From assembly GCA_947628185.1 (NCBI GenBank), contig CANQYW010000001.1, positions 182,489 to 214,488 on the forward strand: a DNA stretch of 32,000 bases. Reading direction: 5' to 3'. This document shows, piece by piece, positions 1 to 10,955 of this stretch. The notes under the pieces are model-generated. The model did not search any database, had not been told where the DNA came from, and was given only the letters and a program-made list of their open reading frames with translations. A program made the translations under genes and the position numbers. This DNA comes from an uncultured Oscillospiraceae bacterium. Its GTDB lineage: Bacteria; Bacillota; Clostridia; Oscillospirales; Oscillospiraceae. How positions within the stretch are numbered: position 1 is the stretch's first letter; every line of letters begins with the position of its first letter.

Positions 1-129
1 CGGCTATATGAGTCCGAGTCCGGCCCGGAATTTGAATATCTTGGGGACATCTTGGAGGCCGACCCGCCGCAGGACTACGGAAACGAGGCCCGCTCCAACT
101 CCTGGGCAAACTGGTACTTTTTCGACTAA
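1..129 (+). CDS. 3' end of an unidentified CDS (partial, continues upstream of the window)
   Basis: Frame 1 is open from base 1 to TAA at 127-129 (...EADPPQDYGNEARSNSWANWYFFD*). Third positions are GC-rich like neighbouring genes, and a strong hairpin terminator follows. Too short for a family call. Confidence 0.35.
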   Translation, partial: RLYESESGPEFEYLGDILEADPPQDYGNEARSNSWANWYFFD

Positions 130-145
130 GCATATAATGTTGTTA

Positions 146-186
146 CGGCGCCGGGACCTTGTGAGTCCCGGCGCCGCGATTATTTT
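146..186. terminator. Hairpin terminator between convergent genes
   Basis: Perfect 11-bp inverted repeat CGGCGCCGGGA (146-156) / TCCCGGCGCCG (166-176) with a 9-nt loop and an ATTATTTT tail. It lies between the partial + strand CDS and the 3' end of glcK. Confidence 0.7.
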
Positions 187-194
187 AAGATGAC

Positions 195-1127
195 TCACAA
201 AAGGGAAAACATGCAGCCGTAGATCCCCGCGTCGTTGCCCAGCGCCGCCCGCCTTATTGGGGTACCGCGGCAGGCCGGGAAGGCGTATTTCACATAGAAC
301 TCCGTCACACGCCGGATAAGGGGCTCGCCGGTGTGGGAGACGCCGCCGCCTAGGAGTATGACCTCCGGGTCCACCGTGTTTGCCACCGCCGCGAGGCCCC
401 GGGCCAGGTAATCGGAGAACCTGTCGGCTATCTCTATCGCCAGCATGTCCCCGGCTATGGCCGCGTCCCAGCAGACCTTGGAGTCAAGTTTCTCCGCCTC
501 CCGGAGGACGGAGGGCTCACGGCTCTCACTCAGCACCTCCCGGGCGATGGCCACGTTGCCCGTGGCGGAGGCGTACTGCTCCAGGCACCCATGGCCGCCG
601 CACCCGCACTGGCGGGTCTCACTGGGGTTCACGGGGATGTGGCCTATCTCGCCGCCGGCGCCGTGGGCGCCGCTCATGCACCGGCCGTCCACAACTATAC
701 CGCCGCCGACGCCCGTGCCGAGCGTCACCAGCACGAGGCTCGAGAATCCCTTCCCGCTGCCCATCCAGTACTCGCCCTTGGCGGCCATGTTGGCGTCGTT
801 GTCCGTGACTATTCTGAGGCCGGTCAGGCGCTGGAGCCTCTCGATCATGGGGAAACGATGCCAGCCCAGGTTCACGGCGTCAGCGGTGCCGTCCTCCTGA
901 TGGGCCTGGCCGGGGAGGCCAACCCCCGCGCCCATGACGTCCTCACGGGCGATGCCACGATTTGACATGTCCGCGAGTATGGAATTTCCTATGTCCGCGG
1001 GTATGTTCTCCCCGCCGCGGGTTATATCCGTCGCCAGCGACCACTTATCTATGAGTTTCCCGGAGCTCTCGAAGAGCCCCATCTTAACAGTTGTGCCGCC
1101 GATATCCACGGCGTATCCGTACTTCAT
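195..1127 (-). CDS. glcK: ROK family glucokinase
   Basis: N-terminal ASKHA ATP motif AVDIGGTTVKMGLF and ROK zinc motif CGCGGHGCLE; about 310 aa. Start moved from the ORF-track start to ATG at 1127, preceded by AGGAGGAG. Confidence 0.85.
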   Translation of the reverse strand: MKYGYAVDIGGTTVKMGLFESSGKLIDKWSLATDITRGGENIPADIGNSILADMSNRGIAREDVMGAGVGLPGQAHQEDGTADAVNLGWHRFPMIERLQRLTGLRIVTDNDANMAAKGEYWMGSGKGFSSLVLVTLGTGVGGGIVVDGRCMSGAHGAGGEIGHIPVNPSETRQCGCGGHGCLEQYASATGNVAIAREVLSESREPSVLREAEKLDSKVCWDAAIAGDMLAIEIADRFSDYLARGLAAVANTVDPEVILLGGGVSHTGEPLIRRVTEFYVKYAFPACRGTPIRRAALGNDAGIYGCMFSLL

Positions 1128-1128
1128 A

Positions 1129-1773
1129 CTACTCCTCCTCAATTATGGAACCGATGTCCTCCAGGGCGTACTCCTTAAAATACCGCACCCCGAGGCCCCG
1201 GGACCTTATGAAACCGCATATCCTCTCAAAATACGGGTGCGCGGACAGGTCGCCGTTGAAGATGACCTCCCCGCCCACACGGCCCGAGGCGCCGCCGATG
1301 AACCCAGTGGGAAAACCGGGGAGGGCCACATGCCCGGGCGTGACCTCAAGGACCTCTATCCCCCTCCCCCGCAGCGCCCTTATGATGCCGGGGTCGGAGG
1401 TTATGAGGGCGCCGTCGTCCACCGTGACGCAGCCGCACTTTGTGTACCCCTGGCGGACGTTCACCGCCTCAAGTTTGCGGCTCTTAGCATATTCTAAGAT
1501 ATTCTCATCTGTTATGTCAAGCCGGTGGATGAGAAACTTCCCCAAAATGACGGCGCACATGGCGGCGCTCCCGGGGTATCCCTCCCTCACCTCGCCGCCG
1601 AGACGCAGTACCGGGCCGCTGGCCCCGGCCTTGCAGAACCGCAGGTCCGGGTGGGACTCCACCCCCCGGCCAAAACGCGGGTCGTCGCCCACAATATCGA
1701 GCTCGTGCCCCTGGGATATTAGATACCGGCAGAGCTCCCGCCCCGCCCGGTGGGAGAGGTGCACCAGGCTCAT
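1129..1773 (-). CDS. Conserved hypothetical protein, resembles the clostridial DUF6873 (GME-fold) family from memory
   Basis: 214-aa ORF with native codon bias. Its start overlaps the upstream stop (ATGA), and its TAG stop lies 1 nt before the glcK ATG. No catalytic motif recognised; the family name is recalled, not computed. Confidence 0.5.
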   Translation of the reverse strand: MSLVHLSHRAGRELCRYLISQGHELDIVGDDPRFGRGVESHPDLRFCKAGASGPVLRLGGEVREGYPGSAAMCAVILGKFLIHRLDITDENILEYAKSRKLEAVNVRQGYTKCGCVTVDDGALITSDPGIIRALRGRGIEVLEVTPGHVALPGFPTGFIGGASGRVGGEVIFNGDLSAHPYFERICGFIRSRGLGVRYFKEYALEDIGSIIEEE

Positions 1774-2879
1774 GACGCCGCCTCCAGGTAATACTCCACC
1801 AAGAGGTCCACGCAGGCGCCGTAGGAGTTCATGCCCAGCTCCTGGCCGTTGGCCTTGAGGTAGCCGTCGTACACCTTCTCCGAGACCTCCGTCACCTTGG
1901 ACTCAAAACTCCGCCAATAGGCGCTGTTGTCGTTCCAGTCGAGGCGCATCTCGTCGCTCATGCCGGACGTCAGCTCCCGCCAGAGCTCCGGGTCGGCCCT
2001 ATACAGGGCGTTGGAGAGGTGTACCGAGCCCATGAGGAACCCGGAGTATCTAAATACCGCGTCATCACAGGAGAGACACGCCGCTATGCCGACGAAATTC
2101 GCCTCCTGCTCCGCGTATATCCCCCGCCTGTGGGCCAGCTCGTGGGCGATGGTGGCGGGGATGAGGCACGCCGGGGCGTCAATATTGATGTTGGACTCCC
2201 CGGTGAAGGGGAAATAGACGCCGGTGAATCCCATGGCGCTGGAGAGCTTTGAGAATATGTACATCTTCTTCGGCCTCCTGTGGGCGGCCCTCAGGAATGG
2301 GAAGTCCTCGGATATATTATCGTAGATCCCGGCTGAGGCGTCAAAGAAGGAGTCGATGTCCCGAATGAAGTGGCCCTCACTATCCCGGGGCACCTCAGAT
2401 GAGAGCGCCGAGGCGTTCTCCACAAAATACCGGGTCACCTTATATAGGTCCTCCGTCGCCACGGGCCCGCTCACGATGCCGCTCTTATCCTCAAAGGAGT
2501 CGGAGCGGTAGTCTATGCCGAACATCCAGAGGTACGCCGTGAGGACGTATATTATAATGAGCGCGAAAATACCGAGGCGTCTCATGAGCACCAGGAACCG
2601 TCGCTCAGAGCGGAGCGTGAGTATCACGGTGCGCAGGAGGTACACTATGACGAATAGCCCCGCACCTATGTACATGAGCTCCATCACCGAGAAGGGCACC
2701 AGGCCGAAGACCGCTCCCAAAAAGTCCCTCACGGGCCGGGAGAAGTACCTCACCGCCCCGTTCGCGAAGGCCCTGACACCCGAGAGCGCCGCGAAGAGTA
2801 TGAGCCCGAGGGCGGGCGCCCCTATGAGAGTTAGCCATTTAATGTCCACGCGCCGTCTCCGGCGTTCCCTGGTCTCCAT
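1770..2879 (-). CDS. DUF3810-like membrane protein with a zinc-metalloprotease-type HExxH motif
   Basis: Three N-terminal hydrophobic helices followed by a soluble domain containing IAHELAHRRG. Length and layout match DUF3810 proteins. Confidence 0.65.
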   Translation of the reverse strand: METRERRRRRVDIKWLTLIGAPALGLILFAALSGVRAFANGAVRYFSRPVRDFLGAVFGLVPFSVMELMYIGAGLFVIVYLLRTVILTLRSERRFLVLMRRLGIFALIIIYVLTAYLWMFGIDYRSDSFEDKSGIVSGPVATEDLYKVTRYFVENASALSSEVPRDSEGHFIRDIDSFFDASAGIYDNISEDFPFLRAAHRRPKKMYIFSKLSSAMGFTGVYFPFTGESNINIDAPACLIPATIAHELAHRRGIYAEQEANFVGIAACLSCDDAVFRYSGFLMGSVHLSNALYRADPELWRELTSGMSDEMRLDWNDNSAYWRSFESKVTEVSEKVYDGYLKANGQELGMNSYGACVDLLVEYYLEAAS

Positions 2880-3075
2880 GGGGCAGCACCTCCTTTTACT
2901 ACAAGATTATATCATATCCGGGCGTATTTTTGAATCAAAATCCAAATAAATAAAGTGTAAATAATCGGTAACAAAACTGTACTTTTTTTAACTTTCATTA
3001 TTTGTCACGTTGTGCCATAATATAGGAGTCGGGATAAATCGACACAAAAGATGAGATAGAGAAGGAAGCGTTTTG

Positions 3076-4968
<1,893 letters not shown>

Positions 4969-4982
4969 ATGTAAGCTAATTA

Positions 4983-5017
4983 GGGCGGCCTTCGATCGAA
5001 GACCGCCCCGTTATTTT
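4983..5017. terminator. Hairpin terminator between convergent genes
   Basis: GGGCGGCCTTCG / CGAAGACCGCCC form a 12-bp stem with one mismatch, followed by GTTATTTT. It lies between the deacetylase stop and the SpoVK-like stop. Confidence 0.6.
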
Positions 5018-6152
5018 ACATATCCGCCGCTTTTTCGATGTCCTCCCGGAGGACGATGGTGAGGTCCCGGCGCTCCGGGTGATCCTGTGCCGCCACACGG
5101 TCGGCCTGGACGGATATCATGTTCTCAAAGAGGTTCCGTACATCCCTGGCGTTGCCGAAATTCTCTCCCCGGGACTCGTAGATGTGCCGCAAGTAGCGTT
5201 TCGCGAAGACCTGGGCCTCCACGGAGAGCCGGTAGCTGTTTTTTTCGCACATGGAGAGGAGTATCTTAAAGAGCTCATCGCCGTCGTAGTCCTCAAAGAG
5301 GAAGTAGCGGTTAAAGCGCGACTCGAGTCCCGGGTTGGAGGAGATGAACTTCTCCATGAGCTCCTCATACCCCGCCACTATGACCACCAGGTCGTCCCGG
5401 TTGTCCTCCATGGCCTTGAGGAGCGTCTCTATGGCCTCCTTGCCGAAGTCGTTGTCCCCGCCGGTGGAGGTGAGGGAGTACGCCTCGTCCACAAAGAGCA
5501 CCCCGCCGATGGCGCGTTTCACCGCCTCGTCGGTCTTTATGGCCGTCTGGCCCACGAACCCCGCCACGAGCCCGGAGCGGTCCACCTCCACGAGCTGTCC
5601 CTTGGAGAGGACGCCTATGGCGTAGTAGAGCTTTGCTATGAGCCGCGCCACGGTGGTCTTGCCCGTGCCGGGATTCCCCATGAACACAAGGTGCAGAGAC
5701 ATGGCGGGCGTGGGCAGATCGTGCTCCTCCCGCAGTTTCCGTATCTTGGCAAGATTAATGAGGCTCCGCACGTTCTTCTTTATCTCGTCGAGGCCCACAA
5801 GGCCGTCGAGCTCCTTTAGGAGTTCACCCAGGTCCGGCCTCTCCGGCGCTTTCTCCGCCTCAGTCTTGGGGGCGTCGGAGCTTATGGCCTGCTCCTTGGC
5901 CTCCATCTCCTTTAATAGCTCGTCCGCCGCCTTCTTCGCCTCATCCATGGAGGTCTTGAGCTCCTCCACGTCGTCCCGGGCGCCGCTCTCCTTCTCCGTT
6001 CTCGTCTCTTTCGGGGGACTTCCGAGCCCGGAGAGGGCGCTCCCCAGTTCGTCCCGGAGTCTGCGTATGTCGTCAAGGTACGCCCCGGCGGGCCTCAGTC
6101 CAAAGCCGTTAAAATCTATATTGAGTCCGTAGCCCTTCTGCTTTTTCGCCAT
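5016..6152 (-). CDS. spoVK: AAA+ ATPase of the SpoVK/CbxX family (stage V sporulation protein K-like)
   Basis: Walker A GNPGTGKT and Walker B VLFVDEAYSL, with a CbxX-type C-terminal region. The N-terminal 120 aa are acidic and coiled-coil-like. Confidence 0.75.
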   Translation of the reverse strand: MAKKQKGYGLNIDFNGFGLRPAGAYLDDIRRLRDELGSALSGLGSPPKETRTEKESGARDDVEELKTSMDEAKKAADELLKEMEAKEQAISSDAPKTEAEKAPERPDLGELLKELDGLVGLDEIKKNVRSLINLAKIRKLREEHDLPTPAMSLHLVFMGNPGTGKTTVARLIAKLYYAIGVLSKGQLVEVDRSGLVAGFVGQTAIKTDEAVKRAIGGVLFVDEAYSLTSTGGDNDFGKEAIETLLKAMEDNRDDLVVIVAGYEELMEKFISSNPGLESRFNRYFLFEDYDGDELFKILLSMCEKNSYRLSVEAQVFAKRYLRHIYESRGENFGNARDVRNLFENMISVQADRVAAQDHPERRDLTIVLREDIEKAADM

Positions 6153-6193
6153 CTCATCGCCCCTATCTGACTTTCAGGCTGATTTTCCCAGGA

Positions 6194-7588
6194 TCAGAAG
6201 TCCGCGCTGCCCACCGTACGGGGATGGGGCAGTACGTCCCGGATGTTGGAGACGCCCGTTAGGTACATTATCATCCTCTCAAAGCCAAGGCCGAAACCGG
6301 CGTGGCGGCAGCCGCCGTAACGCCGAAGGTCCAGGTACCACCAGTAGTCGCTCTCCTTGAGGCCCAGCTCCGCCATCCGGGCGGTGAGGACGTCAAGCCG
6401 CTCCTCGCGCTGGGAGCCGCCTATGATCTCCCCTATGCCGGGGGCCAGGCAGTCCGCCGCGGCAACGGTGCGGCCGTCGTCATTGAGGCGCATGTAAAAC
6501 GCCTTTATCTCCTTGGGGTAGTCGGTCACGAACACCGGGCGGCGATAGACCTTCTCTGTGAGGTAGCGCTCGTGCTCGGTCTGCAAGTCGGAGCCCCACT
6601 CCACCTTGTAGTCAAACTCGTCGTTGTGGCGGCTGAGGATGTCAATGGCCTCGGTGTATGTCACCCGGGCAAAGTCGCTGTTCACCACGTTATGGAGTCT
6701 CTCCAGCAGCCCCTTGTCCACGAAGGAGTTAAAGAAGTTCATCTCGTCGGGGCACTTCTCAAGGACGGTGTTTATTATAAATTTCACCATGGCCTCCATG
6801 CACTCAAGGTCGCCGTCCAGGTCGCAGAAGGCCATCTCCGGCTCGATCATCCAGAACTCCGCGGCGTGGCGCTGGGTGTTAGAGTTCTCGGCGCGGAAGG
6901 TGGGGCCGAAGGTGTAGACGTTCCCGAAGGCCATGGCGAAGTTCTCCGCGTTTAGCTGGCCGGACACCGTGAGGTTCGCGGGCTTGCCGAAGAAGTCCTT
7001 TGACTCGTCGACGGTCCCGTCCTCGCGCCGGGGCAGGTAGTTTAAGTCCATGGTGGTGACCCGGAACATCTCCCCCGCGCCCTCGCAGTCGGAGGCCGTT
7101 ATTATGGGCGTGTGGATGTAGACAAAGCCCCTGTCCTGGAAGAATGTGTGTATGGCGTGGGCCGCCACGGACCTCACACGGAACACCGCCGAGAATAGAT
7201 TCGTCCTGGGCCGCAGGTGCTGTATCGTCCTCAGGTACTCCACCGTGTGGCGCTTTTTTTGCAGGGGGTACTCCGGCGAGGAGACGCCCTCCACCGCTAT
7301 GCTCTCGGCCTTCAGCTCCAGGGGCTGTCTCGCGCCGGGGGTCAGGACGACAGTACCCGTGACTATGAGCGCCGCGCCCACGTTCTGAGAGGCGATCTCG
7401 CCGTAATTTTCAAGGTTCTCCCGCTCCATCACCACCTGCAAGTTCCTGAAGGCGCTGCCGTCATTGAGCTCGATGAACCCGAAGTTCTTCATGTCCCTGA
7501 TGGTCCTGGCCCAGCCGGCCACGGTGACGCGGCTGCCGCTAAGGGTCTCGGCGCCGGCGTAGATCTGCGCGATTTTTGTAAACTTCAT
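6194..7588 (-). CDS. asnS: Asparagine--tRNA ligase
   Basis: 464-aa class IIb aaRS with an N-terminal OB fold, motif 2 [21 protein letters not shown] and motif 3 [15 protein letters not shown]. Confidence 0.95.
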   Translation of the reverse strand: MKFTKIAQIYAGAETLSGSRVTVAGWARTIRDMKNFGFIELNDGSAFRNLQVVMERENLENYGEIASQNVGAALIVTGTVVLTPGARQPLELKAESIAVEGVSSPEYPLQKKRHTVEYLRTIQHLRPRTNLFSAVFRVRSVAAHAIHTFFQDRGFVYIHTPIITASDCEGAGEMFRVTTMDLNYLPRREDGTVDESKDFFGKPANLTVSGQLNAENFAMAFGNVYTFGPTFRAENSNTQRHAAEFWMIEPEMAFCDLDGDLECMEAMVKFIINTVLEKCPDEMNFFNSFVDKGLLERLHNVVNSDFARVTYTEAIDILSRHNDEFDYKVEWGSDLQTEHERYLTEKVYRRPVFVTDYPKEIKAFYMRLNDDGRTVAAADCLAPGIGEIIGGSQREERLDVLTARMAELGLKESDYWWYLDLRRYGGCRHAGFGLGFERMIMYLTGVSNIRDVLPHPRTVGSADF

Positions 7589-7615
7589 ATTGCTGTCCTC
7601 TTTTCAATTTATGGG

Positions 7616-8374
7616 TCACTTCCGCACAACTACGAGCTGTACGGAGTGCATATAACCTTGTGTGAAGGCGAGATCCGTGTTGGAGGCGTCCGGCGAGAGC
7701 CGGCCTATGGAGAAGGAGGTCTTGCCGCTCTCCGTCATATATAGGAGCATACCCGGTTCCACCGCGGCAAATTCAGGCCGCAGGCCGAGATATTCGCAGA
7801 CCGCGAGGGCCACGTCTATCTCTATCCCCTTGAGCTCCCCCTCCTCGTCATAAAAAGCGTAGGGGTAGAAGTCCGGCTGCACGCCCACCGTCACCACCGG
7901 GTCGTCTGAGTCAAACTCGTACTCCCCCTCGTACCCGCCGGACTCCCAGCCGGATACTATACGCGAGAGCTGGCCGCTGACGGCGGAGAGGGCGTCCTTG
8001 AGGTTTGAGAGCATCAGCCTATTCTCCACCGACAGCGCCAGGGCGTATTCCTCGTCAACATACGGCGTCCCCAGCGTCCGAAGGCCGGAGGTGAGGCCGG
8101 TCATGGACCCCGCCGTGTCCTCGTCCGCCACGGCGCAGTCGATGACACCGGCCCGCAGATCCGCCGCCATGGCGTCGGCGCTCTCGTAGTACCTCACATT
8201 GAGACTGCCTATAAATCGCTGGACGTATCCGGCGGAGGCAGTATCGCTCAGAACGCCCACTTCCATCCCCTCCATGTCCGCCGGGTCGTAGACGCGGTTC
8301 GCCACCCCGGAGCCGCAGGAGGCGGCGGAGAGGACCAGGAGGAGGGTGAGGAAGACGAGAAAAAATCTTTTCAT
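7616..8374 (-). CDS. Family-3 solute-binding lipoprotein, apparently circularly permuted; orphan (no adjacent ABC permease or ATPase)
   Basis: Start set at ATG 8374 giving MKRFFLVFLTLLLVLSAASC (lipobox). SBP_bac_3-type motifs are present but in swapped order (see findings). Confidence 0.65.
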   Translation of the reverse strand: MKRFFLVFLTLLLVLSAASCGSGVANRVYDPADMEGMEVGVLSDTASAGYVQRFIGSLNVRYYESADAMAADLRAGVIDCAVADEDTAGSMTGLTSGLRTLGTPYVDEEYALALSVENRLMLSNLKDALSAVSGQLSRIVSGWESGGYEGEYEFDSDDPVVTVGVQPDFYPYAFYDEEGELKGIEIDVALAVCEYLGLRPEFAAVEPGMLLYMTESGKTSFSIGRLSPDASNTDLAFTQGYMHSVQLVVVRK

Positions 8375-8497
8375 ATTATGTAAACCTGCCGAGTCAGTCA
8401 GAGCTTTAGAATCACACGTAGACAATTCTATAATAAAACTCTTTTCTAATCAACAGGTTTTTTAAATTTAGAATTTACTTTTTTGTAAAATTAAGAT

Positions 8498-10801
8498 TTA
8501 TTTCTCGCCGGTGACGTCTCTGGCCAGGCGCTCAAACTCCCCGCAGAGCTCCCTGGCGGCCTCCATATCCGCCCCCTCGCCCCGGAGCTCCAGGGCGGAG
8601 CCGTCGGCGCTGGGGGAGACCTTTATGTGGCCCTTGGCGGTATCGTAGGTGAGGCCGCCGCCGAAGTCCTCCGCCATCTCCTGACGGCTCCCGGCCATGA
8701 GGCGCATGGCCTTGGCCCGGGAGCAGGCCACGTCCACCCGGCACGTCACCACGGCGAAGGGCGGGAGGCTGTCGGAGAGCGTCGCGAGCTCCATCCCCCC
8801 GCCGGCCGCCGCCGTCATGGCGGACGCCGCCGCCAGTACCCCCTGGGAGAAGGGGGCGGCGGGCCGCTCGGCCCCCTCGGGGGGAGTATCGACGAGCTTG
8901 CACCCGTGGCGGACGGCCAGACGGCGCACCGCAGCCGGCGCGTCTCCGGGCACGATGAGCGACGCAGCGCCGAGGCGCATGAGGCCCTCCGCCGCCAGCG
9001 CCGCCCCGTGGAGCTCGTCTATGCGTCTCCCACGCTCGTCATAGGCGGTGAAGGTAAACCCGCCCCGGGAGACGCTGAGGGCGGCGACGCCTGGCGCGCG
9101 CTCCGTGAGCTCAAACCCCAGGCCCCGCAGGACGAATGCGAGGGCCCTGTTCTCCGCGCCGAATCCCTCAACGCACACGCGGCCCGGTTTCGATCTTCCC
9201 AGCATCGGTTTTAGGAAACTCAGAATACCCGTGAGGTACGCCCGGGGCAGTCCGGAGATGCCGGTGATCCCGCCGACACGTCCCCCCTCCTGCCCGGAGG
9301 CGGACTTCACCGCCCCGGCGAGCTCCCGGCGGAGCGCCGGGGGTATGGCAAAGCCGGAGCCGGAGAGGAACGTGGCGGACATCTCCCCGCTCTCCTCCCT
9401 TATAAACACCGCGCTCCTCATGGAGAAGAGGGGGCACATCCCGGCAAGCTCCGCCTCAAACTCCGCGTCACAGCGCAGGCACTCCGCCCCCGTGCCGGTG
9501 ACGCCGCAGGAGAGGGCGTCAGAGAGCAGCCGGGCCCCCTCGCCGCCGGTGTGGGCCACGCCCACGGGGCCCTTGGAGCCCAGGCACCCCCCGAGGCCGA
9601 TCATGAGCTCCGGCGTCAGCTCGTGGCCCAGCCTGCCCTGGAGAGTCCCCCGGTCGCTGATGGCCACGGGCCCCCTGGGGCGCTCCCCCACTATGCTCTG
9701 GGTCACCCGGCGGCCCTCCGGGGCCTCCCGCTCCGTCCAGACACGCACCCCCGGGGAGAGGACGCAACCCGCGCCAATAACGGCCCTGTCACCCACCACG
9801 CAGTCCGCCTTCACCTGGGCCCCCGGCCCTATGACTGCCCCGCGGCTCACGACGCACCCCTCAAGCCGGGCATTGGCACCCACCTCGGCGCCGTTCACAA
9901 CGCTATCTTTTATCACCGCGCCCCGGCGCACAACGCTGCCCCGGGAGATGACGGCGTTGGGGCCTATCTTCGCCCCCGGCTCAATGGTGCACCCCTCGCC
10001 CACGTACACCGGCGGCGCGATCTGGGCGCCCTTGGTGGGGGATAAGGCGTAGACGCCGCTCTCCACCTCCGGGGCCTCCGGGACTATGCCGGTGAGGCCC
10101 GCCAGGGCGTCCATACAGCAGCTCCTGTACGCCTCCGGGGAACCTATATCGCACCAGTAATTGCCGACCTCCTTGGCGTAGAGGCGGCGGTCCTCCCGGA
10201 GGAGCCGGGGGAAGAGGTCCTTCCCGAAGTCGTAGCACTCGCCATCAGGGATCATGGCTATGACCTCTGGGGAGAGGATATATATCCCGGTGTTCACGAG
10301 ATTCGTGGTGACCCTCTCCCAGGACGGTTTCTCCGAGAAGGCGGTGACGCGCCCATCCTCATCGGTTATGACGAGGCCGTACTCCGTGGGCTCCGGGTGC
10401 TCAAAGAGGACTATTGTGGCCTCCGCCCCCCGCTCCCGGTGGAACCTCATGCACTCGCTAAGGTCTAAGTCGCACACCGCGTCCCCGGAGATTATGAGCA
10501 CGTCCTCGTCGCCTATGAAATCAGAACAGACCCTAACGCTCCCGGCGGTGCCGAGGGCCCTCGGCTCCACGTGGTGCTCAATGCTCACGCCGAAGTCCGA
10601 GCCGTCCCCAAAGTAGTCCTCTATCCCCTTGGGGAGATACCGGAGAGTCATCAAAATGTCCGTAAACCCGTACTTTTTCAGCTTTTCCACCGTGTGGTGC
10701 AGTACGGGCTTATCGAAGATCTCCACCATCGGTTTTGGCCTCACCTCCGTCAGGGGCTGCAGGCGCTTACCGTCGCCGCCGGCCATAACTATTGCCTTCA
10801 T
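8498..10801 (-). CDS. Sugar-1-phosphate nucleotidyltransferase fused to a left-handed beta-helix and a PGM/PMM-like C-terminal region
   Basis: N-terminal MAGGDGKRLQPLT signature and ...NYWCDIGSPEAY. The middle holds hexapeptide-type repeats (VISRGSVVRRGAVIKDSVVNGAEVGANARLEGCVV...). The C-terminal 400 aa align by eye to phosphohexomutases. Start set at ATG 10801, preceded by GGAGG. Confidence 0.8.
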   Translation of the reverse strand: MKAIVMAGGDGKRLQPLTEVRPKPMVEIFDKPVLHHTVEKLKKYGFTDILMTLRYLPKGIEDYFGDGSDFGVSIEHHVEPRALGTAGSVRVCSDFIGDEDVLIISGDAVCDLDLSECMRFHRERGAEATIVLFEHPEPTEYGLVITDEDGRVTAFSEKPSWERVTTNLVNTGIYILSPEVIAMIPDGECYDFGKDLFPRLLREDRRLYAKEVGNYWCDIGSPEAYRSCCMDALAGLTGIVPEAPEVESGVYALSPTKGAQIAPPVYVGEGCTIEPGAKIGPNAVISRGSVVRRGAVIKDSVVNGAEVGANARLEGCVVSRGAVIGPGAQVKADCVVGDRAVIGAGCVLSPGVRVWTEREAPEGRRVTQSIVGERPRGPVAISDRGTLQGRLGHELTPELMIGLGGCLGSKGPVGVAHTGGEGARLLSDALSCGVTGTGAECLRCDAEFEAELAGMCPLFSMRSAVFIREESGEMSATFLSGSGFAIPPALRRELAGAVKSASGQEGGRVGGITGISGLPRAYLTGILSFLKPMLGRSKPGRVCVEGFGAENRALAFVLRGLGFELTERAPGVAALSVSRGGFTFTAYDERGRRIDELHGAALAAEGLMRLGAASLIVPGDAPAAVRRLAVRHGCKLVDTPPEGAERPAAPFSQGVLAAASAMTAAAGGGMELATLSDSLPPFAVVTCRVDVACSRAKAMRLMAGSRQEMAEDFGGGLTYDTAKGHIKVSPSADGSALELRGEGADMEAARELCGEFERLARDVTGEK

Positions 10802-10894
10802 ATCATATATCCTCCAATTTGACCCCATTATGAGGGTTTTTATGTGTGTGATTATTGTTGCCCCGGAGTATGAAAATATTTTGCGTATAATATA

Positions 10895-10923
10895 TTGTTA
10901 ATCGCACTAAGATTTGGTATAAT
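10895..10923 (+). promoter_or_regulatory. Putative sigma-A promoter of the gdpP-rplI-dnaB operon
   Basis: TTGTTA (10895-10900), 17-nt spacer, then extended -10 TGgTATAAT (10915-10923), about 30 nt upstream of the gdpP start. Confidence 0.4.
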
Positions 10924-10955
10924 TACAAGGTCTTTATTGTTTTTCTGGGGGTGGC

